A DNA stretch of 64,000 nucleotides from assembly GCA_951406725.2 (NCBI GenBank), contig OX597816.1:47988001-48052000 (forward strand), written 5' to 3'. This DNA is from Octopus vulgaris (Eukaryota). The notes below the pieces were generated by a model. The model searched no databases, had not been told where the DNA came from, and was given only the letters and a program-made list of their open reading frames with translations. Below are positions 1-11,340 of this stretch, piece after piece. Every line of letters starts with the position of its first letter. Position 1 is the stretch's first letter. A program made the position numbers and the translations under genes.

Positions 1-94
1 ATATATATATAGAGAGAGATAGATAGATAGATAGATATAGATGTATATGAGACTGTGTGTGCATGTTTGAATGCATATACATTTATATATAAAT

Positions 95-290
95 TCTTTT
101 TTACTATAGGCACAAGGCCCAAAATTTTGGGGGAGGGGGCCAGTTGATTAGATCGACCCCAGTACACAACTGATACCTAATTTATCGATCCCGAAAAGAT
201 AAAAGACAAAGTCGACCTCAGTGGAATTTGAACTCAGAATATAAAAACAGATGAGATATCACTAAGCATTTTGCCCGATGTGCTAACGTT
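95..290 (-). mobile_element. tRNA-derived SINE family B
   Basis: Reverse complement matches the ...gttctgagttcaaattcc...gactttgcctttcatcctttcggggtcgataaattaagtacc motif that recurs throughout the window. Confidence 0.8.
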
Positions 291-366
291 TTAATTATCT
301 TTTTTTTAGCTAAACAGTATGAAACTTCATATACTGACATAATTTCTCAGACAGAACTTTGAAAAT

Positions 367-536
367 ACTCTTCACTCTTTTACTCTTTTACTTGTTTCAG
401 TCATTTGACTGCAGCCATGCTGGAGCACCGCCTTTAGTAGAGCAAATCAACCCCAGGACTTATTCTTTGGAAGCATAGTACTTATTCTATTGGTCTGTTT
501 TGCCGGATTTGGCAGATAGAAACTGAAAGAAGCCCA
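367..536 (-). mobile_element. SINE family A, internally deleted copy
   Basis: (ctcttttact)n tail plus gtttcagtcatttgactgcagccatgctggagcaccgcc, shared with more than 15 copies. Confidence 0.8.
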
Positions 537-539
537 TGC

Positions 540-882
540 AATCATTGTCGCCTTACTGGTACTTGTGCCAGTGGCACGTGAAAAACATTTGCATGAGGTC
601 ATTGCCAGTGCCGCTGGACTGGCTCCTGTGCAGGTGGCACGTAAAAAACACCATTTGAGAGAGGCCTTTGCCAGTACTGCCTGACTGGCCCTCATGCCGG
701 TGGCACATAAATGCACTCACTACACTCTAAGAGTGGTTGGCATTAGGAAGGGCATCCAGCTACAGAAACTCTGCCAGATCAGATTGGAGCCTGGTGCAGC
801 CATCTGGTTTGCCAGTCCTCAGTATAATCGTCCAACCCATGCTAGCATGGAAAGCGCTCGTTAAACGATGATGATGATGATT
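540..882 (+). mobile_element. RTE LINE 3' UTR fragment
   Basis: gtggcacgtaaaa repeats, gagtggttggcattaggaagggcatccagc and a (gat)n tail; homologous to 8860-9048. Confidence 0.8.
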
Positions 883-1109
883 ATACATATGTGTCTGCAT
901 GTCTGTGTGTGTGTGTGTGCATTGATTGAAAGGATAATTATAGTCTTGGCTATTGTCTCCTCAGCACATCATACAGGTTTCTGACTGGTGTTGTATTCCA
1001 ATAGTCAAAGGAAGACTGATAAGATTCCAATTAATACAAAGAGAAGCACTTTGCAAAAACCAAAGCAAGATCCAATAGGCTTAACATAAGTCCCGCAGAG
1101 TGAAAAGTA

Positions 1110-1480
1110 ATAATAATTTAAATGAGGAAGGAAGAAGTCAAATTGACATTGTGATCGTTTCCGTGAATAAATGATTTCTTTTTATTTCATATCGCATCCA
1201 ATGTTATGAATCACATTCTGTATATAGAAATATGTTATAGCAATTTTACAGTTTGCTTGCTTCCTTAAACATCTTGATTTGAAAATACAATTGATAGGTC
1301 AATTGTATTTTCAAATCAAGATGTTTGAGGAAGTGAATGAGCTATAAAACTATTATAGCATATTTTTATCTATAGAATGTATTATATCACATTGTATGTG
1401 ATATGAAATGAAAGAAATCATTCGTTTACAGAAACTATTGTAATGACAATTTGATTTCTCCTTTTCTCATTTGAATCATC
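1110..1480. repeat. ~370-bp foldback palindrome (hairpin MITE-like)
   Basis: Arms meet at caattga-tagg-tcaattg (~1288-1305); pairing traceable for ~180 bp on each side. Confidence 0.85.
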
Positions 1481-1495
1481 ATCATCATTGTTATG

Positions 1496-1576
<81 letters not shown>

Positions 1577-1579
1577 GTT

Positions 1580-1795
1580 TAAGGTGGTGACTGGCAGAAT
1601 GATTAGCTCAAAATGCTTAAAAGTATATCATTTGTCTTCATGTTCTGCGTTCAAATTCCGCCAAGGTTGACTTTGCCTTTCATCCTTTCGGGGTTGATAA
1701 ATTAAATACCAGTTGTGTATTGGGGTTGCTGTAATCAACTTAACCCCTTCTCTCCATATTTCAGGCTTTGTGCCTATAGTAGAAAGGATTATAAT
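1580..1795 (+). mobile_element. SINE family B
   Basis: aaggtggtgactggcagaat head, B-box-like gttcaaattcc, central gcctttcatcctttcggggttgataaa. Confidence 0.8.
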
Positions 1796-1884
1796 AATCA
1801 TCATCATCATCGTCATCATCATCTTCATCATCATCGTCGTTGTCGTCATTGTCGTCGTCATTATCATTATCATTATCATTATTA

Positions 1885-1928
<44 letters not shown>

Positions 1929-2461
1929 GAATGAGAGAGCTATGCATGCCATCAAAGTGACACTGGGGTAAAATATTACCATCATAACTACCTGTCTGAT
2001 AAGGGTACATCAGGGACATGCATCACAACCATATGTGCACGACATGGTGATCTCATATCAAGATAAACAGCACATGACCTTGCAGGTGGGGGCCCAGTTA
2101 GAATTTTCTTCTGGTTGAGTAACCTATCTCGCTCAAAAGGTCCTTGAATAAGGGTTGTTTAACGATGTTGAATGAAACACCCTTGTTTCCAGAGGTGAAT
2201 TATTCAAACCCCAAAGAATCCCTCTCAACACATGGCTATGATGCTCCCCCACTACTTCTGCTTGTGATCAGAGATGCACATATCATCAGCCTCAAAGGGA
2301 CATGGTCAACTAGTTAAGGTCAAACAGCTGACAAGCAAATCTGTGGTACTGATTTGCTGTAGCTCATCTTATATACCAAGACAAAACAATGTACATGGTA
2401 ACACTTCCAATCAGTTAAAATCAGGAACCCTGAGAGCCACTGTCTGGTACTGCATCAGGGC

Positions 2462-2463
<2 letters not shown>
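1929..2463. mobile_element. ~540-bp non-coding element inserted in (ATT)n, copy 1
   Basis: Close match to 33584-34139 with the same two ends; both copies flanked by (att)n. Confidence 0.8.
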
Positions 2464-2506
<43 letters not shown>

Positions 2507-2820
2507 CATTATTATTATTAAGGTGGTAAACTGGCAGAGTCATTAGCATACCAGGCAAAATACTTTGCTTGTCGTTACATTCTGACTTCAAATTCTACCA
2601 AAATTTGTAGCAAAATTTGAAACCATTATTAAGTTGGTGAGCTGGCAGAATTATTAGTGTGCTGGACAAAATGTCTTGACCTGAGTTCAAATTCCACTGA
2701 GGTTTACTTTGCCTTTCATCCTTTCAGGGATGATAAAATAAATACCACTTGAATACTGGGGTCAATGAAATCAACTTACCCTGCTCCACTGAAATTGTTG
2801 GTATTGTGCCAATACTTGAA

Positions 2821-3185
2821 TTTCCTTCTTTCTTCAAATTTTCTTCCGTTTCTCGCCGAGTGTTTTCCATACACCTAGGACAGAGAAGCTCATTGTATGC
2901 ATTCCCAGATTACACACGCAAATTCACAGATAAAATATGTATTTAAAAATTAATAAATTCATGGATGGATGTTGTTTTCACAGTGATAGTGCTCTTCTCA
3001 GTACATGAACCTTTCCAGTTAATACGATTTTTTGCACTTCCTGTAGGGATGGTAAGCCTGGAATCATTTTCAAATAGGTTTCAGTACCTTTTTTTATCAT
3101 TCCTAGAGATCCTACAATCACTGGTACTGTAGTCGCCTTGAGATGCCACATTTTTTCAATTTCTATTAGCAGGTCTTTATATTTA
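2821..3185 (-). mobile_element. 3' end of an RLE-type non-LTR retrotransposon (R4/Dong or NeSL-like)
   Basis: Minus strand 3184-2978 reads KYKDLLIEIEKMWHLKATTVPVIVGSLGMIKKG...VLRRALSL*, the typical restriction-like endonuclease C-terminus. Confidence 0.75.
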
Positions 3186-3208
3186 TTATTGTTATTATTT
3201 TATTATTA

Positions 3209-3262
<54 letters not shown>

Positions 3263-3542
3263 GTCTGCCAAGGTTGACTTTTCCTTTCATCTTTTCAGGG
3301 TTGATAAAACAAGTACCAGTTGCATACTAGGGTTGATGTAATTGACTTTCTTCTTCCTCCAAAAGTTTTCGCCTTGTGCAAAAATTTGAAACCATTATTA
3401 TTTGATATACATACATACATACAAACATACAAAAATTCCGTTGTTGATGTTGAAATTCCAATGAAGGAGCCTTGGATTTAGGTTAGAAACTGGTCCTTTC
3501 TCTGTTGGCAAGAAATCTTGAAATAAAAAACTGAACAATCAT

Positions 3543-3574
<32 letters not shown>

Positions 3575-3585
3575 CTGTATATAGA

Positions 3586-4475
3586 GGAGAAAATTCTATT
3601 ATCAATAATAACAATGGGTAAAATTAATTAATTAAGAAGTAATCAATAATTTCACCGAGTAGAATTCGGCATGGGAGTCCCTTTTTAAAGTAGAAGAAAT
3701 AGCTAACGGTTTTTGGCTGCTATTTCTAAACTTCAGTATGTGGTAAAGCAAATCTTTGCTGAACCCTAATTATTAAGTATTACTTAAGTTTACCATGAAA
3801 TGGTCCTTTTTCATGCCGAATTCTACTTGGTGAAATTATTGATTACTTCTTAATTAATTAATTTTACCCTTTGTTATTATTGATAATAGAATTTTCTCCC
3901 TGATAACAAACTACAGATTTTTTTTCTGTAGTAGTTTATTTGACACACGAGGATGGGCAGGGGAAGGTAATTGAACCTCATTCATGTTTTGAATTTGGCA
4001 GTACTAACACTGAATATTATCTGTCTGATACCGTTAGGTGGAGAGATATGTTCAATTATTCCAGTACCTTCGAATTTAATATTTCAATATTTAATTATTG
4101 ATGGGGTCCTATGCAGATGAGGAAAACGGTTGGTAAAGTATAATTCTATATTCTTTATTCCAATCTATTTCCGAAATGCGCGTCCATAGGTGACCAGATA
4201 TTGATTGATTTTCGTTACTTTTCCTCTCTGCCTGTGTGGATTGTTTTCAAGTATTTTGGTTTTTTCTGGGAGTCCCTTTTTAAAGTAGAAGAAATAGCAA
4301 ACAGTTTTTGGCTGCTATTTCTAAACTTCGGTATGTGGTAAAGCAAATCTTTGCTGAACCCTAATTATTATGTATTACTTAAGTTTACCATGAAATGGTC
4401 CTTTTTTCATGCTGAATTCTACTTGGTGAAATTATTGATTACTTCTTAATTAATTAATTTTACCCTTTGTTATTA
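3586..4475 (+). mobile_element. Non-autonomous Penelope-like/retrozyme-like element
   Basis: Inverted repeat 3586-3672/3812-3897; direct repeat 3673-3880/4268-4475 (period ~595 bp); internal hammerhead motif. Confidence 0.75.
4108..4190 (+). ncRNA. Type I hammerhead ribozyme (U4A variant)
   Basis: cctatg-CAGATGA-ggaaa...tttcc-GAAA-tgcgcg-TC-catagg; 6-bp stem I, long stem II, near-palindromic stem III. Confidence 0.7.
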
Positions 4476-4534
4476 TCTGTATATAGATGTATATAGGCAC
4501 AGGCATGGCTGTGTGGTAAGAAGCATGCTTCCTA

Positions 4535-5393
4535 GGTGAGCTGGCAGAAACGTTAGCACGCCGGGCGAAATGCTTAGCGGTATTTCGTCTGCCATTGCGT
4601 TCTGAGTTCAAATTCCGCTGGGGTCGACTTTGCCTTGTTTATCTCCTCTGCCTGTCCTTGTTTATCTCCTCTGTGTTTAGCCCCTTGTGGTTAGTAAACA
4701 AATAGGTATTTCGTCTGCCATTATGTTCTGAGTTCTGAGGTCGACTTTGCCTTTCATCCTTTCGGGGTCGATAAATTAAGTACCAGTTATGCACTGGGGT
4801 CGATATAATTGACTTAATCCATCTGCCTGTCCTTGTTTATCTCCTCTGTGTTTAGCCCCTTGTGGTTAGTAAAGAAATAGGCATTTCGTCTGCCATTACG
4901 TTCTGAGTTCTGAGGTTGACTTTGCCTTTCATCCTTTCAGGGTCGATAAATTAAGTACCAGTTACGCACTGGGGTCAATATAATTGACTTAATCCGTCTG
5001 TCTGTCCTTGTTTATCTCCTCTGTGTTTATCCCCTTGTGGGTAGTAAACAAATAGGTATTTCGTCTGCCATTACGTTCTGAGTTCTGAGGTTGACTTTGC
5101 CTTTCATGCTTTCGGGGTCGATAAATTAAGTACCAGTTACGCACTGGGGTCGATATAATTGACTTAATCCGTCTGCCTGTCCTTGTTTATCTCCTCTGTG
5201 TTTAGCCCCTTGTGGGTAGTAAAGAAATAGGTATTTCGTCTGCCATTATGTTCTGAGTTCCGAGGTCGACTTTGCCTTTCATCCTTTCAGGGTCGATAAA
5301 TTAAGTACACTGGGGTTGATGTAATCAACTTCATCCCTTTGGTTATCCTTGTTTGTCCCCTCAATGTTTAGCCCCTTGTAGGCAATAAAGAAA
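4535..5393 (+). mobile_element. Tandem concatemer of SINE family B (175-bp period) inserted in a family A SINE head
   Basis: Unit starts near 4579, 4705, 4880, 5055 and 5230; 18-bp target duplication taagaagcatgcttccta at 4517-4534 and 5394-5411. Confidence 0.85.
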
Positions 5394-5714
5394 TAAGAAG
5401 CATGCTTCCTAACAACATAGCTCCAGGTTTAGTCCCACTGCATGGTACCTTTGGCAAGCATCTTCTACTATAGTCTTAGACCAACTAAAAAAACCTTGGA
5501 TTTGGTCGATGGAAATTCGAAGAAGCTCATTGTCTCTGTGTGTAACTTAGTAGCCTAGCAAAAAGAGACCAATAGAATAAGTAGCAGCCTTAAAAAAGTA
5601 AGAACTTGGGTTGGTTCATTCAACTAAAAAATTCTTCAAGTCAGTGCTCCAGTATGGGCATAATCTAATGGCTGAAATGAGTAAAAAAAATAAAAATAAA
5701 AAATAAAATATATT

Positions 5715-6132
5715 AGGTGCAGGAGTGGCTGTACGGTAAGTAGCTTGCTTATCAACCACATGGTTCTGGGTTCAGTCCCACTGCGTGGCACCTTGGGCAA
5801 GTGTCTTCTACTATAGCCTCGGGCTGGCCAAAGCCTTGTGAGTGGATTTGGTAGACGGAAACTGAAAGAAGCCCTCGTATATATGTATATTTTTATGTAT
5901 GTGTGTGTATATGTTTGTGTGTCTTTGTTTGTCCCCACCAGCCGACATTGCTTGATAACTGATGCTGGTGTGTTTACGTCCCTGTAACTTAGTGGTTCAG
6001 TAAAAGAGACCAATTGAATAAGTACTAGGCTTCCAAGGAATAAGTCCTGGGGTCGATTTGCTCGACTAAAGGTGGTGCTCCAACATGGCCGCAGTCAAAT
6101 GATTGAAAGAAGTAAAAGAGAGAAAAGAGAAA
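5715..6132 (+). mobile_element. SINE family A (tRNA-derived, CORE-like), full length
   Basis: A box tggctgtacgg, B box ggttcagtccc, ccttgggcaagtgtctt core, internal microsatellite, (gtaaaaga)n tail. Confidence 0.9.
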
Positions 6133-6299
6133 ATATATATACGTATGTATGGTTATAAGAGGTAATGGTATCATTGAGACCGAAAGGTATCAGGTAATAC
6201 TGAATAAGTGCAATAGACAGACCATAGTTAAGTTCCGGGTTCGATGATTTTGCGAATAAGGGGTTCGACGTTGGTCATATGTCAGCGTGTGTATATATT

Positions 6300-6660
6300 A
6301 GAATTTTTTGCGTAATGAGATAAAAAACCAATGCTGTGTAGATATTAGAACATTTATAGATATAAGGTCTTACAGCTGTTTCCAGGATATTTATTTATTA
6401 TATCCCTTCATCGGAGATGGTGTGAGAGGATGGTTAAGTAATAATTAATTTAGATAGGATACAAAATAGAGAGTGAGGTCGAGGAAAGAAAATAGATGTG
6501 AGATATGTAGGGATATTGAATTTGTAGATCCATTCGTTAGGCAGAATGGTATTTATGTAAGATTTCAACACCTTACGAGAAAAATCCAACTGTATTTAAA
6601 ATAGTTCATTCCAAGTATAGAGTTTATACACAATGTAAGATTCCAATACCTTATGAGTAA
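6300..6660 (-). mobile_element. Penelope-like pseudo-LTR fragment with hammerhead
   Basis: Homologous to 49662-49985; hammerhead motif at 6368-6417. Confidence 0.65.
6368..6417 (-). ncRNA. Hammerhead ribozyme motif (U4C variant)
   Basis: Minus strand tct-CCGATGA-agggatat...atatcctg-GAAA-cagctg-TA-aga; the paralogue at 49731 has TTGATGA, implying ancestral CTGATGA. Confidence 0.65.
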
Positions 6661-7091
6661 TATATGTATTTATGTATAGGTTGATGCATTTTTGTAGATG
6701 CATTTGTGTATATGTTTATATACCCTGATTACAAATAGCAGCAGGTTAGTGGTACTCCAATCTTTGGTAAAGACGTTACAGAAATCATATAGAGATGGCC
6801 AGGACTCCTTGAGTTTTCTTTCTTTAATTTCATCAGAAACCTAATCTTATATTTGGTTCCCTCCTGTCTATATTTTCACCTGTCCCTCCCTCTGGCATCA
6901 AATTTCATGTCCCTGTCGTTTTATTTTTCTTTCCTTTGTTATTTCCTGTTTCTTTCCTCCGTTTCCTTTCCTTTTCTAGTTTATCTCAGCAATTGAGTTT
7001 TATTCCCTTTTTAATCATTTATTCATTTTTATTATCTGTTTGCTTATTAACTTATATTACCCCTTACTTTTCCTTTAATATATTTTGCTAT

Positions 7092-8108
7092 TTCATAGTC
7101 CTCCAGGCAATAACGGAGGAATTCAAGACAGGATGCCCCTGGGAGCTCCTCTATGCTGATGACCTTGCTCTAATTGCTGAGTCATTATCAGAACTGGAGA
7201 AGAAGTTTCAGGTGTGGAAGCATGGTTTAGAATCGAAGGGCCTTAGAGTCAACCTAGCTAAAACCAAAGTCGTAATAAGTAGGAAGGTAGACAAATCACA
7301 AACGCCTTCAGGTAGATGGCCCTGCTCGATCTGTAGAAAACGTGTAGGTAGAAACTCTATAAGATGCACCAAGTGTAAGCTATGGACACATAAGAGGTGC
7401 AGCAATGTCATAGGAAGGCTAACTAGGAAGATGGTTTTTGTATGTGGCAGATGCTCGGGAGCATTAACCTCTGAAAATCTGCAGAAAACAACTTCCGTCA
7501 CTTTCCAGGGGGAAAAACTAGAAGTGGTTGATAGCTTCCGTTATCTTGGTGACCAAGTCAGTAGTGGGGGTGGGTGTGCTGAAAGTGTAACGGCTAGAGT
7601 AAGAATAGCCTGGGCAAAGTTTAGGGAGCTCTTACCTCTGTTGGTGACTAAAGGCCTCTCGCTCAGAGTAAAAGGCAGACTGTATGATGCATGTGTACGA
7701 ACAGCCATGCTACATGGCAGTGAAACATGGGCCGTGACTGCTGAGGACATGCGTAAGCTCACGAGAAATGAAGCTAGTATGCTCCGTTGGATGTGTAATG
7801 TCAGTGTTCATAGTCGACAGAGTGTAAGTACCTTGAGAGAAAAGTTGGACCTAAGAGGAATCAGATGTTGTGTGCAAGAGAGACGATTGCGCTGGTATGG
7901 TCATGTGGTGAGAATGGATGAAGATAGGTGTGTGAAAAAGTGCCACACCCTGGCAGTTGAGGGGACCTGTGGAAGAGGTAGACCCAGGAAAACCTGGGTC
8001 GAGGTGGTGAAGCACGACCTTCGAACTCTAGGTCTCACCAAGGAAATGACCAGAGACCGAGACCTATGGAAGTATGCTGTGCGTGAGAAGACCCGGCAAG
8101 ACCAGTGA
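7092..8108 (+). CDS. RTE reverse transcriptase C-terminal half with PHD-finger insertion (5'-truncated)
   Basis: From ORF 6936..8108: YADD, VNLAKTK, C4HC3 motif, FRYLG, HGSETW, RRLRWYGHV. The first ~50 aa of the ORF are flanking sequence. Confidence 0.8.
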   Translation, partial: FIVLQAITEEFKTGCPWELLYADDLALIAESLSELEKKFQVWKHGLESKGLRVNLAKTKVVISRKVDKSQTPSGRWPCSICRKRVGRNSIRCTKCKLWTHKRCSNVIGRLTRKMVFVCGRCSGALTSENLQKTTSVTFQGEKLEVVDSFRYLGDQVSSGGGCAESVTARVRIAWAKFRELLPLLVTKGLSLRVKGRLYDACVRTAMLHGSETWAVTAEDMRKLTRNEASMLRWMCNVSVHSRQSVSTLREKLDLRGIRCCVQERRLRWYGHVVRMDEDRCVKKCHTLAVEGTCGRGRPRKTWVEVVKHDLRTLGLTKEMTRDRDLWKYAVREKTRQDQ

Positions 8109-8154
8109 GAGCAATCAAAATCAAATCATATATCAGAAAGCAGGGGTTAAGTGA

Positions 8155-8870
8155 CCCATCTGTTCGTGTCCGCTGGCACCCGTGCCGGTGATACGTAAAA
8201 GCACCATCCGTTCGTGGCCGTTTGCCAGCTCTGTCTGGCCCCGTGTCCGTGGCACGTAAAAGCACCATCCGTCCGTGTCCGTTGCCAGCCTCGGCTGGCC
8301 CCGGTGCCGGTGACACGTAAAAGCACCGTCCGCTCGTGGCCGTTGGCCAGCTCTATCTGGCAACCGTGTCGGTGACACGTAAAAGCACCATCCGTTCATG
8401 GCCGTTTGCCAGCTCTGTCTGGCCCCGTGTCGGTGGCACGTAAAAGCACCATCCGTCCGTGTCCGTTGCCAGCCTCGGCTGGCCCCGGTGCCGGTGACAC
8501 GTAAAAGCACCGTCCGCTCGTGGCCGTTTGCCAGCTCTATCTGGCAACCGTGTCGGTGACACGTAAAAGCACCATCCGTTCATGGCCGTTTGCCAGCTCT
8601 GTCTGGCCCCGTGTCGGTGGCACGTAAAAGCACCATCCGTCCGTGTCCGTTGCCAGCCTCGGCTGGCCCCCGTGCCGGTGACACGTAAAAGCACCGTCCG
8701 TTCGTGGCCGGTTGCCAGCTCTGTCTGGCCCCGTGTCGGTGGCACGTAAAAGCACCATCCGTTCGTGTCCATTGCCAGCATCGCCTGGCCCCGTGCCGGT
8801 GACACGTAAAAGCACCATCCGTTCGTGGCCGTTCGCCAGCTCTGTCTGGCACCTGTGCAGGTGGCACGTA
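8155..8870 (+). repeat. ~59-bp GC-rich tandem repeat in the RTE 3' UTR with ~178-bp higher-order period
   Basis: About 12 units of ggcacgtaaaagcaccatccg...gccagc...ctggc. Confidence 0.9.
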
Positions 8871-9351
8871 AAAAACACCCACTACACTCGCGGAGTGGTT
8901 GGCGTTAGGAAGGGCATCCAGCCGTAGAAACACTGCCAGATCTGACTGGGCCTGACGAAGCCTTCCAGCTTCACAGACCCCAGTTGACCCGTCCAACCCA
9001 TGCTAGCATGGAAAACGGACGCTAAACGATGACGATGATGATGATGATTTCCTCCTCATTCACTTCCTATCTGTCATTCTATCTATCTTTTTTTATCTAT
9101 TGTTTTTCCCTCATTCCTTCTTTGTAATGTGTTGGGTTTTTTCTAAGACTACTTGGAGCACAACAGTATAGAGATCAAATTTCTATACACCTTTATGTTT
9201 TTAAATATCAACTGATGAGGGTAGTAATAGTTAATGGCTTTCTTATATGACTGCTTGAAATGCTGGTAGTAAATGCATTCAGAATTTCAAAATTTGGTTT
9301 CAGGATATATATATATGTGCATTTATGTGTGTTTGTGTGTGTGTGTGTGTG

Positions 9352-9630
9352 TGTGGCTCAGTGGTTAGGGCATTCAGCTGAAGATCATAAGTTCATGAGT
9401 TCAATACCCAGCAACATGTGGTGTCCTTGAGCAAGATACTTTATTTCACGTTGCTGCAGTCCACTCAATTGGCAAAAATGTATTTGTATTTCAAAGGCCA
9501 GCCTTGCCACTCTGTGTCACATTGAATCTCCCTGAGAACTACGTCAAGGGTAAACATGTCTGTGGAGTACTCAGCCACATGCATGTTAATTTCATGAGCA
9601 GACTGTTCTGCTGATCAGATCAACTGGAAC
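9352..9630 (+). mobile_element. tRNA-derived SINE family C
   Basis: tggctcagtggttagggc head, gagttcaatacc B box, ccttgagcaagatacttta core. Confidence 0.75.
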
Positions 9631-9770
9631 ATATACTACATATAATACAATACCAAGGACTTTCTATTTCTTATTCGACTATATATACATATATCTTGGC
9701 ACTCCGTCCCTTACGATGATGAGGGTTCCAGTTGATGTATGTATGTATACTTGTATGGATATGTATGTAT

Positions 9771-10188
9771 ACTCTTTACTCTTTTACTTGTTTCAGTCAT
9801 TTGACTGCGGCCATGCTGGAGCACCGCCTTTAGTCAAGCAAATCGACCCCGGGACTTATTTTTTGTAAGCCCAGTACTTATTCTATCGGTCCCTTTGCTG
9901 AACCGCTAAGTGACGGAGACATAAACAGCATTGGTTGTCAAGTGATTTTGGGGGAACAAACACAGACACACAAACACATACACACACACACATATATATA
10001 TATGTATATATACATACATATATATGACATGCTTCTTTCAGTTTCCGTCTACCAAATCCACTCACAAGGCATTGGTTGGCCCGGGGCTATAACAGAAGAC
10101 ACTTGCCCAAGATGCCACGCAGTGGGACTGAACCCCGGAACCATGTGGTTGGTTAGCAAGCTACTTACCACACAGTCACTCCTGCGCC
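9771..10188 (-). mobile_element. SINE family A, full length
   Basis: Reverse complement of the 5715-6132 type. Confidence 0.9.
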
Positions 10189-10529
10189 TATGCATGCACT
10201 GTTTGCAATTTATGTACAAAAACACCAATTTCAGCAGGAGGGGATTAGTCAGTTACATTGACCCAGCATTGGAGTGGTACATTATTCTATCAAGCTCAAA
10301 AGGTTGAACAACAAAAGCTGACCTTGACAGGAATTGAACTCAGATGGTAAAGACACAGAAGTAATACTGCAAGACATGTTTCCTGATGCTCATACAATCC
10401 TTATAAAAGGAGAAGGGACAAAGAACAAAACATTCATCAGTCCTATAGACTCATAAAGACCAGTTTTCCAGTTTTTGTGGTTTGTGTGTGTACATATATT
10501 TATATATATATATATATATCTTTATGCAT

Positions 10530-10882
10530 ATAAGAAGGGATGACCACTAAGTGAACTTCCAATATGCTAGAAATAGATCACCTACGATCTAACCACAAAG
10601 GGAAAGAATGTTCTCTAGAAAAATTCAGCAAACACTAGAACATAAGTGGGTAAGACAAATGATAATATACAAAATAAAGAATTAATTGTAAAAATTTAAT
10701 TAATGAGGGTGATAAATTGAATATTAATTTAATCAACATCAATTTAAAACCAGTGGCCTAGCATAGGCATATACGCATGTAATACAATTTTTCTGAATTT
10801 TCAGATTTTTCTATATGCTAGGCCACTGGTTTTAAATTGATGTCGATTAAATTAATATTCAATTTATCACCCTCATTATTTA

Positions 10883-10890
<8 letters not shown>
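10530..10890. mobile_element. Penelope-like terminal fragment with ~75-bp inverted repeat, in (TA)n
   Basis: 10693-10767 is inverted at 10813-10890; flanked by (ta)n on both sides. Confidence 0.55.
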
Positions 10891-10917
<27 letters not shown>

Positions 10918-10921
<4 letters not shown>

Positions 10922-11187
10922 AGATAAGAAAATGGAGAAATACATCTAAATCAAATATCAATTACCAGATAATACTCAATCACATACTTTATTAAACCAC
11001 CACATAAGAGACTGTAGGGTTAAACATAAAAAAGCAGAACAAATCAGTGTACATAAAGGAATGTACATAAAAAAGTGTACATAAAAGAGTAATGTTGTAT
11101 AATAAGTAGAATATATATAAAAAAGAGAATATAAATATAAGTAAATATAAATATAAGTATAGATTACATCTTACAGCTGTTTCGGCC

Positions 11188-11190
<3 letters not shown>
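10918..11190 (-). mobile_element. Truncated copy of the 14123-15321 Penelope-like element
   Basis: Near-identical to 14123-14392; ends in the hammerhead 3' half ggcc-GAAA-cagctg-TA-agat. Confidence 0.8.
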
Positions 11191-11243
<53 letters not shown>

Positions 11244-11297
11244 GTATATATAAATGTATATATATATATTTATATATATTTGTATATTGTGAGCGGA

Positions 11298-11340
<43 letters not shown>

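Larger units (their letters stand above)
7092..9048 (+). mobile_element. Young 5'-truncated RTE-clade LINE
   Basis: Open RT C-terminal frame with LLYADD and GRPRKTW; 3' UTR tandem array; (gat)n tail. Confidence 0.9.

Noticed and set aside
5715-5800. tRNA gene
   Set aside because: The A and B boxes belong to a SINE head; no complete cloverleaf and it continues into the SINE body
6936-7091. Hydrophobic N-terminus of the 390-aa ORF
   Set aside because: T-rich flank read through into the truncated LINE, not a membrane domain
8155-8870. CRISPR-like constant box with variable spacers
   Set aside because: The spacers are homologous to each other, the array is in a eukaryotic LINE 3' UTR, and there are no cas genes
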